From positions 1,349,442 through 1,413,441 of the forward strand of contig JACKPC010000001.1 in the NCBI GenBank assembly GCA_024233835.1: a stretch of 64,000 nucleotides of DNA, written 5' to 3'. The translations under genes were made by a program, and so were the position numbers. The notes beneath the pieces were generated by a model. It saw only the letters and a program-made list of their open reading frames with translations. It made no database searches and had not been told where the DNA came from. Positions 41,004 to 50,069 of the stretch are shown here, piece after piece. This DNA is from Leptospiraceae bacterium (GTDB taxonomy: Bacteria; Spirochaetota; Leptospiria; Leptospirales; Leptospiraceae). Every line of letters begins with the position of its first letter. Position 1 is the first letter of the stretch.

Positions 41004-41368
41004 GGTCTTTTCTCCAAATTTATTTGTTGCTTTAAACAGAACCGTTCAAAAACCTTTCCCTGACTTTCGGTTTAAACCGGCAGTCAGTAAGAGTAAATGT
41101 TATCCTTTTTAAAACAACCTTGAGCTTATTCTACACCTTCCCTGGTTTATTCGCAATTCCTTATAGTAGAGCAAAAAGGAAATCTGTGAGAGATTGATAG
41201 TTTATCGATTTTCCCTTGCTTTTTAGATAATTTATCCCGAACTCTATACATTTCCTTATAGGAAAATTTTTTTAGTGGATGTTTATTTAAGTAAAATTGA
41301 AAATTATCATAGTAATTTTCAGTAGACAAAGACTCGAATATAACTTTTACTGATGACAGGAGCCGGTA

Positions 41369-44300
41369 ATGAATTCAGAAATCATTCTTGACTATAGCCG
41401 TTTTTCCATCGAGGAACTGGCAGAAAAAGACTACACTACAGCCCAAAGCTTCATGAAAGAAAAAGTAGAGAAGAATCTTTTTCGAGAGATTTCCAAAGAA
41501 GCTTATAAAGAATTTGTAGAGAATCTAAAGGAATTCTGGCTGGAAGATCTGCGAGAATTTAAACCGGAGAGAGGTTTTACACTTACGATTCGCTTTATGT
41601 CAGCCGGCCTGACCGCTGCTTCTGTATTTCGCTGCGAGGTCGATATCTGCGGGGACATAGCCACTCCCAAAGTGGTTGTTTGTAAATACGACGAGAAGGA
41701 AAATATAGAAATTGAGTCTCAAAACTTTAGAATGGTTATAAAATCAGGAGAGTCGGTCTTTCCGGACATCCAAAAAGCCCAGGCTTTTGAAAATGGGATG
41801 GCTCTTTTAACCATGCGTTCTGCTATCGAGAGTAAGAGTGCCATCACGGTTTTCAGTGCTATCAAGTTTATCCTCGATAAATACGGGCAGAACGAAAGAA
41901 TGCTGGAATTTTATGCCAAAGTATTCGCGAATCATACCGGGATTGTCTACCGGGATATGCGGGATAAACTGTATCATACGCCGAATGCTCACTGGACTTC
42001 TCAGGACTCATTTCGCGGGCTTTATGCAGGTAAGACGGACTTAAAGGTTTTAGACGATAAAACAAAAGCCAGTCCGAATGGAACTTTCTCCGAAAGACTG
42101 AAAAAAGTCTGTTTAGATACCGGTCTGGAATATGAGAGTTTTCTAAATTTCTTAAGTACTTTTCCCGATTGCAGGGCTTTACTCTCCGGTGTGGCTATCC
42201 ATAAGGATTTGAATCCTAACAATATCTTACTGGCTATCGGGGAAGATAGCGATAGGAATGAAATCATCAGTCCTATGCTGATTGACTTTTTTGAAATGCA
42301 GTATAAAGAGAATGAAAGGGGAGAAAACTGGCTTCCCCTGCTTTTTGATTTTAGCCGCTTTGAAGCCCAGATGTTTTTGTATTATTTCAGCTATTTAAGT
42401 AAAAGCTCAAATTCTAAAGAAGTTTTCTTTCAATCCTTTAAAAGGCTGATAGATGCCCTGAACAGGGGCAGGCTCGTAAAAATCAATTCAGCGGATCCGG
42501 CTGTTATAAGTAATGAAGCTCTTAGCTATATCTTTACTATCTTTTTCAAGCTTCGAGGCTATGTCTTTCGTGATTTAGCCGAACTGGGAATTGAGAAAAA
42601 GCTTATATACCAGAACTACCTATCTTCTCTGTCTTCGTTTTACTTTTCCTTTTTGAAAATGGATAAGGAAGAAGCTTTTCAAGATAAGTGGAATTTCTCC
42701 CTTCTGGCTGCGGATACCTGTAGAAAAAACATTATCGAGCTAACCGATAAACTGGACTATGACTCGATTTATCGGGAATCCAAATCGGACAGGCTGCATA
42801 TCGGTGATTCCATGATGGCTCTTTTAGAAAGGAAACGTTATCACCATATAGCTCTTTCTGATAACTTACAAAAAGTTAAGGATTTCTTACACTCGGATAA
42901 GCAAATCCTTTATATCGAATCATCACCGGGAATGGGGAAATCCTCCTTTCTGGCTTATATCTGTGATGCTCTGAACGATAATATCCCGGAAAGTGAATTA
43001 CCGGGAAACGTGTTTTGCATCCCGGTATTTTTTGATGATAAAGACAAGGCAAAAGTAAAAGAAAGAGAAACCAACAGGGCACTGAAGACAAAAGAAGAAC
43101 AAAACATCGAGCTTAATTTTCAGGACATAGCCGATTATTTTGTCCAAATCCTCTGTGCTGCGTTTCATAAAGTGGATAAAGCACCGGAAGAAAAAAGCAC
43201 CGACCGTTTTATCCGGCTCTGCCACGAAATTTATCCTGAGCTGGAACAAAAAAAGCAACAGGTCGTTTTCTTAGTCGATGCTCTCGACAGGAATTTTATA
43301 GAACTCGAACACTATGTCCTGACCAACCGTCTGCCGGGGCGGTTTCAGTATATTTTATCGAGTAGACCCCAAAATCCGCGCTGGGAAAGCTTTTATAATG
43401 AGCAGAGGCAGTTCTTTCGCTCAGAAACCTATAAGCTGGCAGAGTTTTCCAAAGATGATATTCGGGCTCTCTTTCAGGAATGGAAGGTGAGTCCGGAACT
43501 GACAGAAGAGGAAGCCGCATTACTCCATGAAAAAACCGGTGGTTACCCCATTTATGTAGAATTTATCCGCAGGCTTTTAGTAGCTGAAAAAGGCCGGGCA
43601 GCCAAGATGAGGCGGGAGGAACTGAAAGAGAGGCTGCATAGCTTTTCCAAAGAAGGTTTTGAAAGGGAATTATTTGATTATTATGATGAGCTGGTAAAAT
43701 CCAAAAATAAAATTGTAAAACAGGTTCTGTTTTGTCTGGTGCTGGCAAAGGACTATCTTTCGGCTGCACATCTGGCCCGAATTTTATACGAGGAATTGGA
43801 AAGAGAGTATCATACGGATATAGAGGCCGACCTGATAGATGTTTTAAAGGACGACATTCTTCCTGTTATCCGGGAAGTCCTCGAATACGATGAAAATCAA
43901 AACTTTCGAATCTTTCACCGAAGCTATGAAAGATACCTGGAAGAAAAGTATCAGGGAAAAGGAGGTCTTCGAGATTTCCGGGCAACTTTTTTTCGGTATC
44001 TTAAGCAGTACAGAGACTATGCAGAAAACGAGGAGGAGAGAGTTCACTTTCTCTACTGTAAGAATTACCTCGGTTTACACCTCTACGAATGGGCACAATC
44101 CGAGAAAAGTTATCAAGAGAAATTCGATACTATTTTTGCCGAAATTTTTTCTATGGAAGAGGAAGAATACAGACTCTGGAAAAAGCCCCTGAAAGCCATG
44201 GTTTATTGGATGATGGAGAATCAGCCTTATAATGAAACTGAATTTATGCTGACTTTTTTAAAAAGTCAGATTCCGGCTATCTTTAGTTATCGCTACTTCC

Positions 44301-46204
44301 TGTTTTTGACTGAGATAATCGAGAAAAAGAAAAACAAGGGCTATGATACAACCTGGAATGCTTCTCTTCATTTCTTAAATTTGGAATTGATACAGGCTTT
44401 ATCCAAGTCCGAACCCAATAACACTCAGTATAAAAGAGACATTTCGGTTTCTTATGACAGAATTGCTGATGTGTATGTATCGAGGGGAGAGACCGATAAA
44501 GCTCTGAAACATTTCACCGAATCTCTACTGATTGCAGAACAATTATCAAACTCCGAACCCAATAACAGTCTGTATAAAAGAGACATTTCGGTTTCTTATA
44601 ACAGACTTGCTGATGTGTATGTATCGAGGGGAGAGACCGATAAAGCTCTGAAACATTTCACCGAATCTCTACTGATTGCAGAACAATTATCCAAGTCCGA
44701 ACCCAATAACACTCAGTACAAAAGAGACATTTCGGTTTCTTATGACAGACTTGCTGATGTGTATGTATCGAGGGGAGAGACCGATAAAGCTCTGAAACAT
44801 TTCACCGAATCTCTACTGATTGCAGAACAATTATCCAAGTCCGAACCCAATAACACTCAGTATAAAAGAGACATTTCGATTTATTTAAATAAGATTGCTG
44901 ATGTGTATGTATCGAGGGGAGAGACCGATAAAGCTCTGGAGTATTACACCGAATCTCTACTGATTGCAGAACAATTATCAAACTCGGAACCCAATAACAC
45001 TCAGTATAAAAGAGACATTTCGATTTATTTAAATAAGATTGCTGATGTGTATGTATCGAGGGGAGAGACCGATAAAGCTCTGGAGTATTACACCGAATCT
45101 CTACTGATTGCAGAACAATTATCCAAGTCCGAACCCAATAACAGTCTGTATAAAAGAGACATTTCGGTTTCCTTTAATAACATTGCAGATATATATGTAT
45201 CGAGGGGAGAGACCGATAAAGCTCTGGAGTATTACACCGAATCTCTACAGATTGCAGAACAATTATCAAACTCGGAGCCCAATAACACTCAGTATAAAAG
45301 AGACATTTCGGTTTCTTATGACAGAATTGCTGATGTGTATGTATCGAGGGGAGAGACCGATAAAGCTCTGGAGTATTACACCGAATCTCTACTGATTGCA
45401 GAACAATTATCAAACTCCGAACCCAATAACACTCAGTATAAAAGAGACATTGTTCATAGTTTAATTAAGAAAGGTAATATCTTGATCTTCAAAGGAGATG
45501 TAGGAAAAGCAAAAAGTAGTTATGAAAAAGCTTTATCGCTTATAAATGTGGATGTTATAGATGTATCTATATTTTTTACAAAACTCAAGGCGGAAGTGCT
45601 ACAGGGTCTTGTTACGGTCTCTATGATGGATTCTGAAGAACAGGATTCTGATAAAATTTTCAGTTATTCTCTGGAAGCCCTTTCCTTATGGGAGAAACTA
45701 AAGGAAGAATATGGCACAATCGATATACAAGTGCTAAATGGATTAGGAAAGTCTAATTTTCTCTTAGCTGTATTATCTGGTAATTTAGAAACGGGTGAAC
45801 AGAGAAAATATATACATAAGGCTATTAAAAATCTTTTGGAAGTTCATAAAATTCAAGCAGATAATCCGGATGTTTTGATGATGCTTTCGAATGCTTATTC
45901 TATGCTTGGCAATGATTACTTAGAAAAAGAAGAAACAGAAAAAGCCAGAGAAGTAATTGAAAAATCTATAAATTATAGCCGAGCACTGGTTGAAAAATTT
46001 CCCGAAAATTACAACTATAAGCAAAGTATAATTTTTCCTTTAATAAGTATTGCTCAACTGGAAGATGATGAATCAAAAGCAATAGAATATTTAAAAGAAG
46101 CTTATGAAACGATTATAGCTTTGGAAAAAAAAGGCTATCATATACCGGGGATAGAAGAAATGAAGAATTGGATTCAATCTGTTATAGAAGGGAATGAAGA
46201 ATGA
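41369..46204 (+). CDS. Kinase-like / NACHT (STAND) NTPase / tandem helical-repeat protein, paralog B (1611 aa).
   Basis: Collinear with paralog A: GLTAASVFRCE, VCKYD, AIHKDLNPNNILL, IDFFEMQY. Walker A (SSPGMGKSSF), Walker B (VVFLVDALDRNF) and ILSSRPQNP. The C-terminus has seven-plus 48-aa near-identical repeats and then further helical repeats. Confidence 0.8.
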   Translation: MNSEIILDYSRFSIEELAEKDYTTAQSFMKEKVEKNLFREISKEAYKEFVENLKEFWLEDLREFKPERGFTLTIRFMSAGLTAASVFRCEVDICGDIATPKVVVCKYDEKENIEIESQNFRMVIKSGESVFPDIQKAQAFENGMALLTMRSAIESKSAITVFSAIKFILDKYGQNERMLEFYAKVFANHTGIVYRDMRDKLYHTPNAHWTSQDSFRGLYAGKTDLKVLDDKTKASPNGTFSERLKKVCLDTGLEYESFLNFLSTFPDCRALLSGVAIHKDLNPNNILLAIGEDSDRNEIISPMLIDFFEMQYKENERGENWLPLLFDFSRFEAQMFLYYFSYLSKSSNSKEVFFQSFKRLIDALNRGRLVKINSADPAVISNEALSYIFTIFFKLRGYVFRDLAELGIEKKLIYQNYLSSLSSFYFSFLKMDKEEAFQDKWNFSLLAADTCRKNIIELTDKLDYDSIYRESKSDRLHIGDSMMALLERKRYHHIALSDNLQKVKDFLHSDKQILYIESSPGMGKSSFLAYICDALNDNIPESELPGNVFCIPVFFDDKDKAKVKERETNRALKTKEEQNIELNFQDIADYFVQILCAAFHKVDKAPEEKSTDRFIRLCHEIYPELEQKKQQVVFLVDALDRNFIELEHYVLTNRLPGRFQYILSSRPQNPRWESFYNEQRQFFRSETYKLAEFSKDDIRALFQEWKVSPELTEEEAALLHEKTGGYPIYVEFIRRLLVAEKGRAAKMRREELKERLHSFSKEGFERELFDYYDELVKSKNKIVKQVLFCLVLAKDYLSAAHLARILYEELEREYHTDIEADLIDVLKDDILPVIREVLEYDENQNFRIFHRSYERYLEEKYQGKGGLRDFRATFFRYLKQYRDYAENEEERVHFLYCKNYLGLHLYEWAQSEKSYQEKFDTIFAEIFSMEEEEYRLWKKPLKAMVYWMMENQPYNETEFMLTFLKSQIPAIFSYRYFLFLTEIIEKKKNKGYDTTWNASLHFLNLELIQALSKSEPNNTQYKRDISVSYDRIADVYVSRGETDKALKHFTESLLIAEQLSNSEPNNSLYKRDISVSYNRLADVYVSRGETDKALKHFTESLLIAEQLSKSEPNNTQYKRDISVSYDRLADVYVSRGETDKALKHFTESLLIAEQLSKSEPNNTQYKRDISIYLNKIADVYVSRGETDKALEYYTESLLIAEQLSNSEPNNTQYKRDISIYLNKIADVYVSRGETDKALEYYTESLLIAEQLSKSEPNNSLYKRDISVSFNNIADIYVSRGETDKALEYYTESLQIAEQLSNSEPNNTQYKRDISVSYDRIADVYVSRGETDKALEYYTESLLIAEQLSNSEPNNTQYKRDIVHSLIKKGNILIFKGDVGKAKSSYEKALSLINVDVIDVSIFFTKLKAEVLQGLVTVSMMDSEEQDSDKIFSYSLEALSLWEKLKEEYGTIDIQVLNGLGKSNFLLAVLSGNLETGEQRKYIHKAIKNLLEVHKIQADNPDVLMMLSNAYSMLGNDYLEKEETEKAREVIEKSINYSRALVEKFPENYNYKQSIIFPLISIAQLEDDESKAIEYLKEAYETIIALEKKGYHIPGIEEMKNWIQSVIEGNEE
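44395..45450. repeat. 144-bp tandem repeat array (7 full units plus a partial one) inside the paralog B gene.
   Basis: Units begin with tccgaacccaataac every 144 bp. Differences are confined to a few codon positions (TQ/SL, VS/IY, YDR/YNR/LNK/FNN, KHF/EYY, K/N). Confidence 0.9.
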
Positions 46205-46413
46205 TTTAGTGTTGATATATTTTTTAATGTAAAAATACATCCTGATGAAGTAGATCTATATAACAGGCTGTAAGAAATAACTTGGATGATAGAAAATAAA
46301 TAGCACTCTGTGATTCAGGAAAGAAACTCTGTTACCCTGACTCTGTATTTCTGTATCCGATCTTTTTTCACGCACTTCCAAATCTACTTGACTCATAAAA
46401 TCCAGAGGTTGAA

Positions 46414-48219
46414 ATGAGTTCTATTATGATAAAGTTTCCCTACGGTATCATGGATTTTTCTGACATAATTACAGAAGCTTATTTCTATCAGGACAGGACG
46501 GCCTTTATAGAGAAATGTGAAAATACAGCCAAGACTCTCTTCTGTGTTCGACCAAGGCGTATGGGAAAGACTCTCTGGCTCGATACCCTGGCCAGTTATT
46601 ACGACATTCTCAAAAAAGACCGTTTTGATGACTTGTTCGGAAGTCTTTATATCGGGAAAAACCCAACACCCAGGCGAAACTCTTATCTTATCCTGAGGCT
46701 CGATTTTTCGAAGATTCAACCGGGCAAAACAGTAGAAGAAATCGAGAGTAGTTTTAATGATTATATAACAAATATTACTCGTGAGTTTTTGATAAATTAT
46801 AAAGATTTCCTGATTGATTATTCAATTGATTTCAGTTCCAAAAAGGCAAATCATTCTCTGGATCAACTTTTAAGCTCTGTAAAACTATCCGGTCACAAGT
46901 TATATGTTCTAATAGATGAGTATGATAATTTTACCAACGAACTCATCAGCACCAACAGGTCGAAAGACTATTCGGATCTGGTTACAGGGGATGGCTTTCT
47001 GAAATCCTTCTTCAAAGTTCTGAAAGCCGGTAACATAGGTGCTATTGATAGAACCTTTGTGACAGGAGTTACGCCCATCACTCTAACTGACCTTTCGAGT
47101 GCCTATAATATTGCTACCCACATCACTTTTAAAGAAGAGTTTAATTCCTTATTGGGTTTTACGGAAGAGGAAGTAGAAGCCATGCTCGAAAGGGTCTTAG
47201 AAGAAATTGATCTGATGGCTAAAAAAGAAGAAATTCTTTCTCAGATGAGATACTATTATGATGGCTATATTTTTCATGAGGAAAGTGAGGAGCATATTTA
47301 TAACCCGACCCTGACCTTGTTTTATCTTCAGGCCCTATTAAAAGAACGTAAAATTCCTAAAAAGTTTTTTGATAAGAACCTCGATATGGACATCAATAAG
47401 TTGGAGCACATTACAAAGCTAAGTTCCGTGCATGACAAAGTATTTGCTCTTTTAGAAAACGAGGAAAAGGTAAGCATTTCACATATAGTAGAAGAATTTA
47501 AACTGAAAGAACTCCTTACTATGGATGAACAGGCGGATAACTTTCTCTGGTCGTATTTGTTTTATCATGGCATCTTAACCTTTGGTGGAATAGATAGAAC
47601 AAGGGTCCAATTAAAAATACCGAATACAGTATCCAGACATTTCTATTATGATAGAATTCGTTATAGCATTTTGCCGAAGAAATTAGATATATCTGAAATG
47701 CAGGAGAAGTTTTTTCTGGATTTAAATCTTTCTGAATTACAATCCTTTTTAGAAAAAACGGTACTGCCTTATTTATCTAACCGTGACTACATTCAGGCCA
47801 ATGAACTGTCTATGAAAATAATGTTTCTCTCTCTCATGATGCGGGATGACCTGTATATCATAGACAGTGAAAAAGAAATCTTACGTGGCTATTGCGACCT
47901 TTTCTACCTCGGTCGCGGAGATACTCGAAAGAAATATGGTTTAAAAGATATATTAATCGAGTTCAAATTTATTAAACTCTCAGAATTGGAAGTCACACAG
48001 AAAGAAATAAAAGAACTTTCTTATGAAGAACTGGAAAACCTTCCACTAATTCAGACAAAACTGAAAGAAGCCAGAGAACAACTATCCATTTACAAAGAAC
48101 GTTTGGAGAAGAGATTTCTTAACCATAATCCCTTTTTCAAAGATATGAGTGATTTTAAAATTCACCCCTTAAGTATTGTGTTTATTGGTTTTGACAGGGT
48201 AGTAGTAAAACCCGCTTGA
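46414..48219 (+). CDS. AAA-ATPase-like / PD-(D/E)XK protein, paralog copy 2.
   Basis: Same family signatures as copy 1. Mosaic with module variants B, X and Q (see findings). Confidence 0.8.
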   Translation: MSSIMIKFPYGIMDFSDIITEAYFYQDRTAFIEKCENTAKTLFCVRPRRMGKTLWLDTLASYYDILKKDRFDDLFGSLYIGKNPTPRRNSYLILRLDFSKIQPGKTVEEIESSFNDYITNITREFLINYKDFLIDYSIDFSSKKANHSLDQLLSSVKLSGHKLYVLIDEYDNFTNELISTNRSKDYSDLVTGDGFLKSFFKVLKAGNIGAIDRTFVTGVTPITLTDLSSAYNIATHITFKEEFNSLLGFTEEEVEAMLERVLEEIDLMAKKEEILSQMRYYYDGYIFHEESEEHIYNPTLTLFYLQALLKERKIPKKFFDKNLDMDINKLEHITKLSSVHDKVFALLENEEKVSISHIVEEFKLKELLTMDEQADNFLWSYLFYHGILTFGGIDRTRVQLKIPNTVSRHFYYDRIRYSILPKKLDISEMQEKFFLDLNLSELQSFLEKTVLPYLSNRDYIQANELSMKIMFLSLMMRDDLYIIDSEKEILRGYCDLFYLGRGDTRKKYGLKDILIEFKFIKLSELEVTQKEIKELSYEELENLPLIQTKLKEAREQLSIYKERLEKRFLNHNPFFKDMSDFKIHPLSIVFIGFDRVVVKPA

Positions 48220-48241
48220 CTTACTGAATATAAACCTTGAA

Positions 48242-50047
48242 ATGAGTTCTATTATGATAAAGTTTCCCTACGGTATCATGGATTTTTCTGACATAATCAC
48301 AGAAGCTTATTTCTATCAGGACAGGACGGCCTTTATAGAGAAATGCGAAAATACAGCCAAGACTCTCTTCTGTGTTCGACCAAGGCGTATGGGAAAAACT
48401 CTCTGGCTCGATACCCTGGCCAGTTATTACGACATTCTCAAAAAAGACCGTTTTGATGACTTGTTCGGAAGTCTTTATATCGGGAAAAACCCAACACCCA
48501 GGCGAAACTCTTATCTTATCCTGAGGCTCGATTTTTCGAAGATTCAACCGGGCAAAACAGTAGAAGAAATCGAGAGTAGTTTTAATGATTATATAACAAA
48601 TATTACTCGTGAGTTTTTGATAAATTATAAAGATTTCCTGATTGATTATTCAATTGATTTCAGTTCCAAAAAGGCAAATCATTCTCTGGATCAACTTTTA
48701 AGCTCTGTAAAACTATCCGGTCACAAGTTATATGTTCTAATAGATGAGTATGATAATTTTACCAACGAACTCATCAGCACCAACAGGTCGAAAGACTATT
48801 CGGATCTGGTTACAGGGGATGGCTTTCTGAAATCCTTCTTCAAAGTTCTGAAAGCCGGAAACATAGGTGCTATTGATAGAACCTTTGTGACAGGAGTTAC
48901 GCCCATCACTCTAACTGACCTTTCGAGTGCCTATAATATTGCTACCCACATCACTTTTAAAGAAGAGTTTAATTCCTTATTGGGTTTTACGGAAGAGGAA
49001 GTAGAAGCCATGCTCGAAAGGGTCTTAGAAGAAATTGATCTGATGGCTAAAAAAGAAGAAATTCTTTCTCAGATGAGATACTATTATGATGGCTATATTT
49101 TTCATGAGGAAAGCGAAGAGCATATTTATAACCCGACCCTGACCTTGTTTTATCTTCAGGCCCTATTAAAAGAACGTAAAATTCCTAAAAAGTTTTTTGA
49201 TAAGAACCTCGATATGGACATCAATAAGTTGGAGCACATTACAAAGCTAAGTTCCGTGCATGACAAAGTATTTGCTCTTTTAGAAAACGAGGAAAAGGTA
49301 AGCATTTCACATATAGTAGAAGAATTTAAACTGAAAGAACTCCTTACTATGGATGAACAGGCGGATAACTTTCTCTGGTCGTATTTGTTTTATCATGGCA
49401 TCTTAACCTTTGCTGGAGTAGATGCTTTTAATATTATTCTGAAAATTCCTAATATTGTTTCTCGTCGTTTTTATTATGATAGAATTCGTGCAGCCTGTTT
49501 TCCTCCGAAGCTGGATGCCAATCAGATTCACAAATCTTTCTTCATAGATCTAAACCTGTCTGAATTACAAACCTTTTTAGAGAAAACGGTATTACCTTAC
49601 CTATCCAACCGTGACTATATCCAGGCCAATGAACTTTCTATGAAAATAATGTTTCTCTCTCTCATGATGCGGGATGACCTGTATATCATAGACAGCGAAA
49701 AGGAAATCTTACGTGGTTATTGTGACCTTTTCTACCTCGGTCGCGGAGATACTCGAAAGAAATATGGTTTAAAAGATATATTAATCGAGTTCAAATTTAT
49801 TAAACTCTCAGAATTGGAAGTCACACAGAAAGAAATAAAAGAACTTTCTTATGAAGAACTGGAAAACCTTCCTCTAATTCAGGCAAAACTGAAAGAAGCC
49901 AAAGAACAGCTATCCATCTACAAAGAACGTTTGGAGAAGAGATTTCTTAACCATAATCCCTTTTTTAAAGATATGAGTGATTTTGAAATTCACCCCTTAA
50001 GTATTGTGTTCATTGGTTTTGACAGGGTAGTAGTAAAACCCGCTTGA
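48242..50047 (+). CDS. AAA-ATPase-like / PD-(D/E)XK protein, paralog copy 3.
   Basis: Nearly identical to copy 2 except for the third variable module (P). Confidence 0.8.
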   Translation: MSSIMIKFPYGIMDFSDIITEAYFYQDRTAFIEKCENTAKTLFCVRPRRMGKTLWLDTLASYYDILKKDRFDDLFGSLYIGKNPTPRRNSYLILRLDFSKIQPGKTVEEIESSFNDYITNITREFLINYKDFLIDYSIDFSSKKANHSLDQLLSSVKLSGHKLYVLIDEYDNFTNELISTNRSKDYSDLVTGDGFLKSFFKVLKAGNIGAIDRTFVTGVTPITLTDLSSAYNIATHITFKEEFNSLLGFTEEEVEAMLERVLEEIDLMAKKEEILSQMRYYYDGYIFHEESEEHIYNPTLTLFYLQALLKERKIPKKFFDKNLDMDINKLEHITKLSSVHDKVFALLENEEKVSISHIVEEFKLKELLTMDEQADNFLWSYLFYHGILTFAGVDAFNIILKIPNIVSRRFYYDRIRAACFPPKLDANQIHKSFFIDLNLSELQTFLEKTVLPYLSNRDYIQANELSMKIMFLSLMMRDDLYIIDSEKEILRGYCDLFYLGRGDTRKKYGLKDILIEFKFIKLSELEVTQKEIKELSYEELENLPLIQAKLKEAKEQLSIYKERLEKRFLNHNPFFKDMSDFEIHPLSIVFIGFDRVVVKPA

Positions 50048-50069
50048 CTTACTGAATATAAACCTTGAA

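Noticed and set aside
41147-41329. 60-aa minus-strand ORF upstream of STAND paralog B.
   Set aside because: It is short, lies in a promoter-like AT-rich region, and has no RBS or motif support.
45108-45413. Small sense and antisense ORFs inside the 144-bp repeat array of STAND paralog B.
   Set aside because: They are alternative-frame artefacts of the repeat. The long ORF is continuous through the array.
46393-46719. 108/89-aa minus-strand ORFs overlapping the 5' end of every AAA/PD-(D/E)XK copy (also 21054-21380, 48221-48547, 50049-50318, 51877-52146).
   Set aside because: They are antisense to strongly supported genes. They recur only because the sense gene is repeated, and they have no independent signals. 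They are likely frame artefacts.
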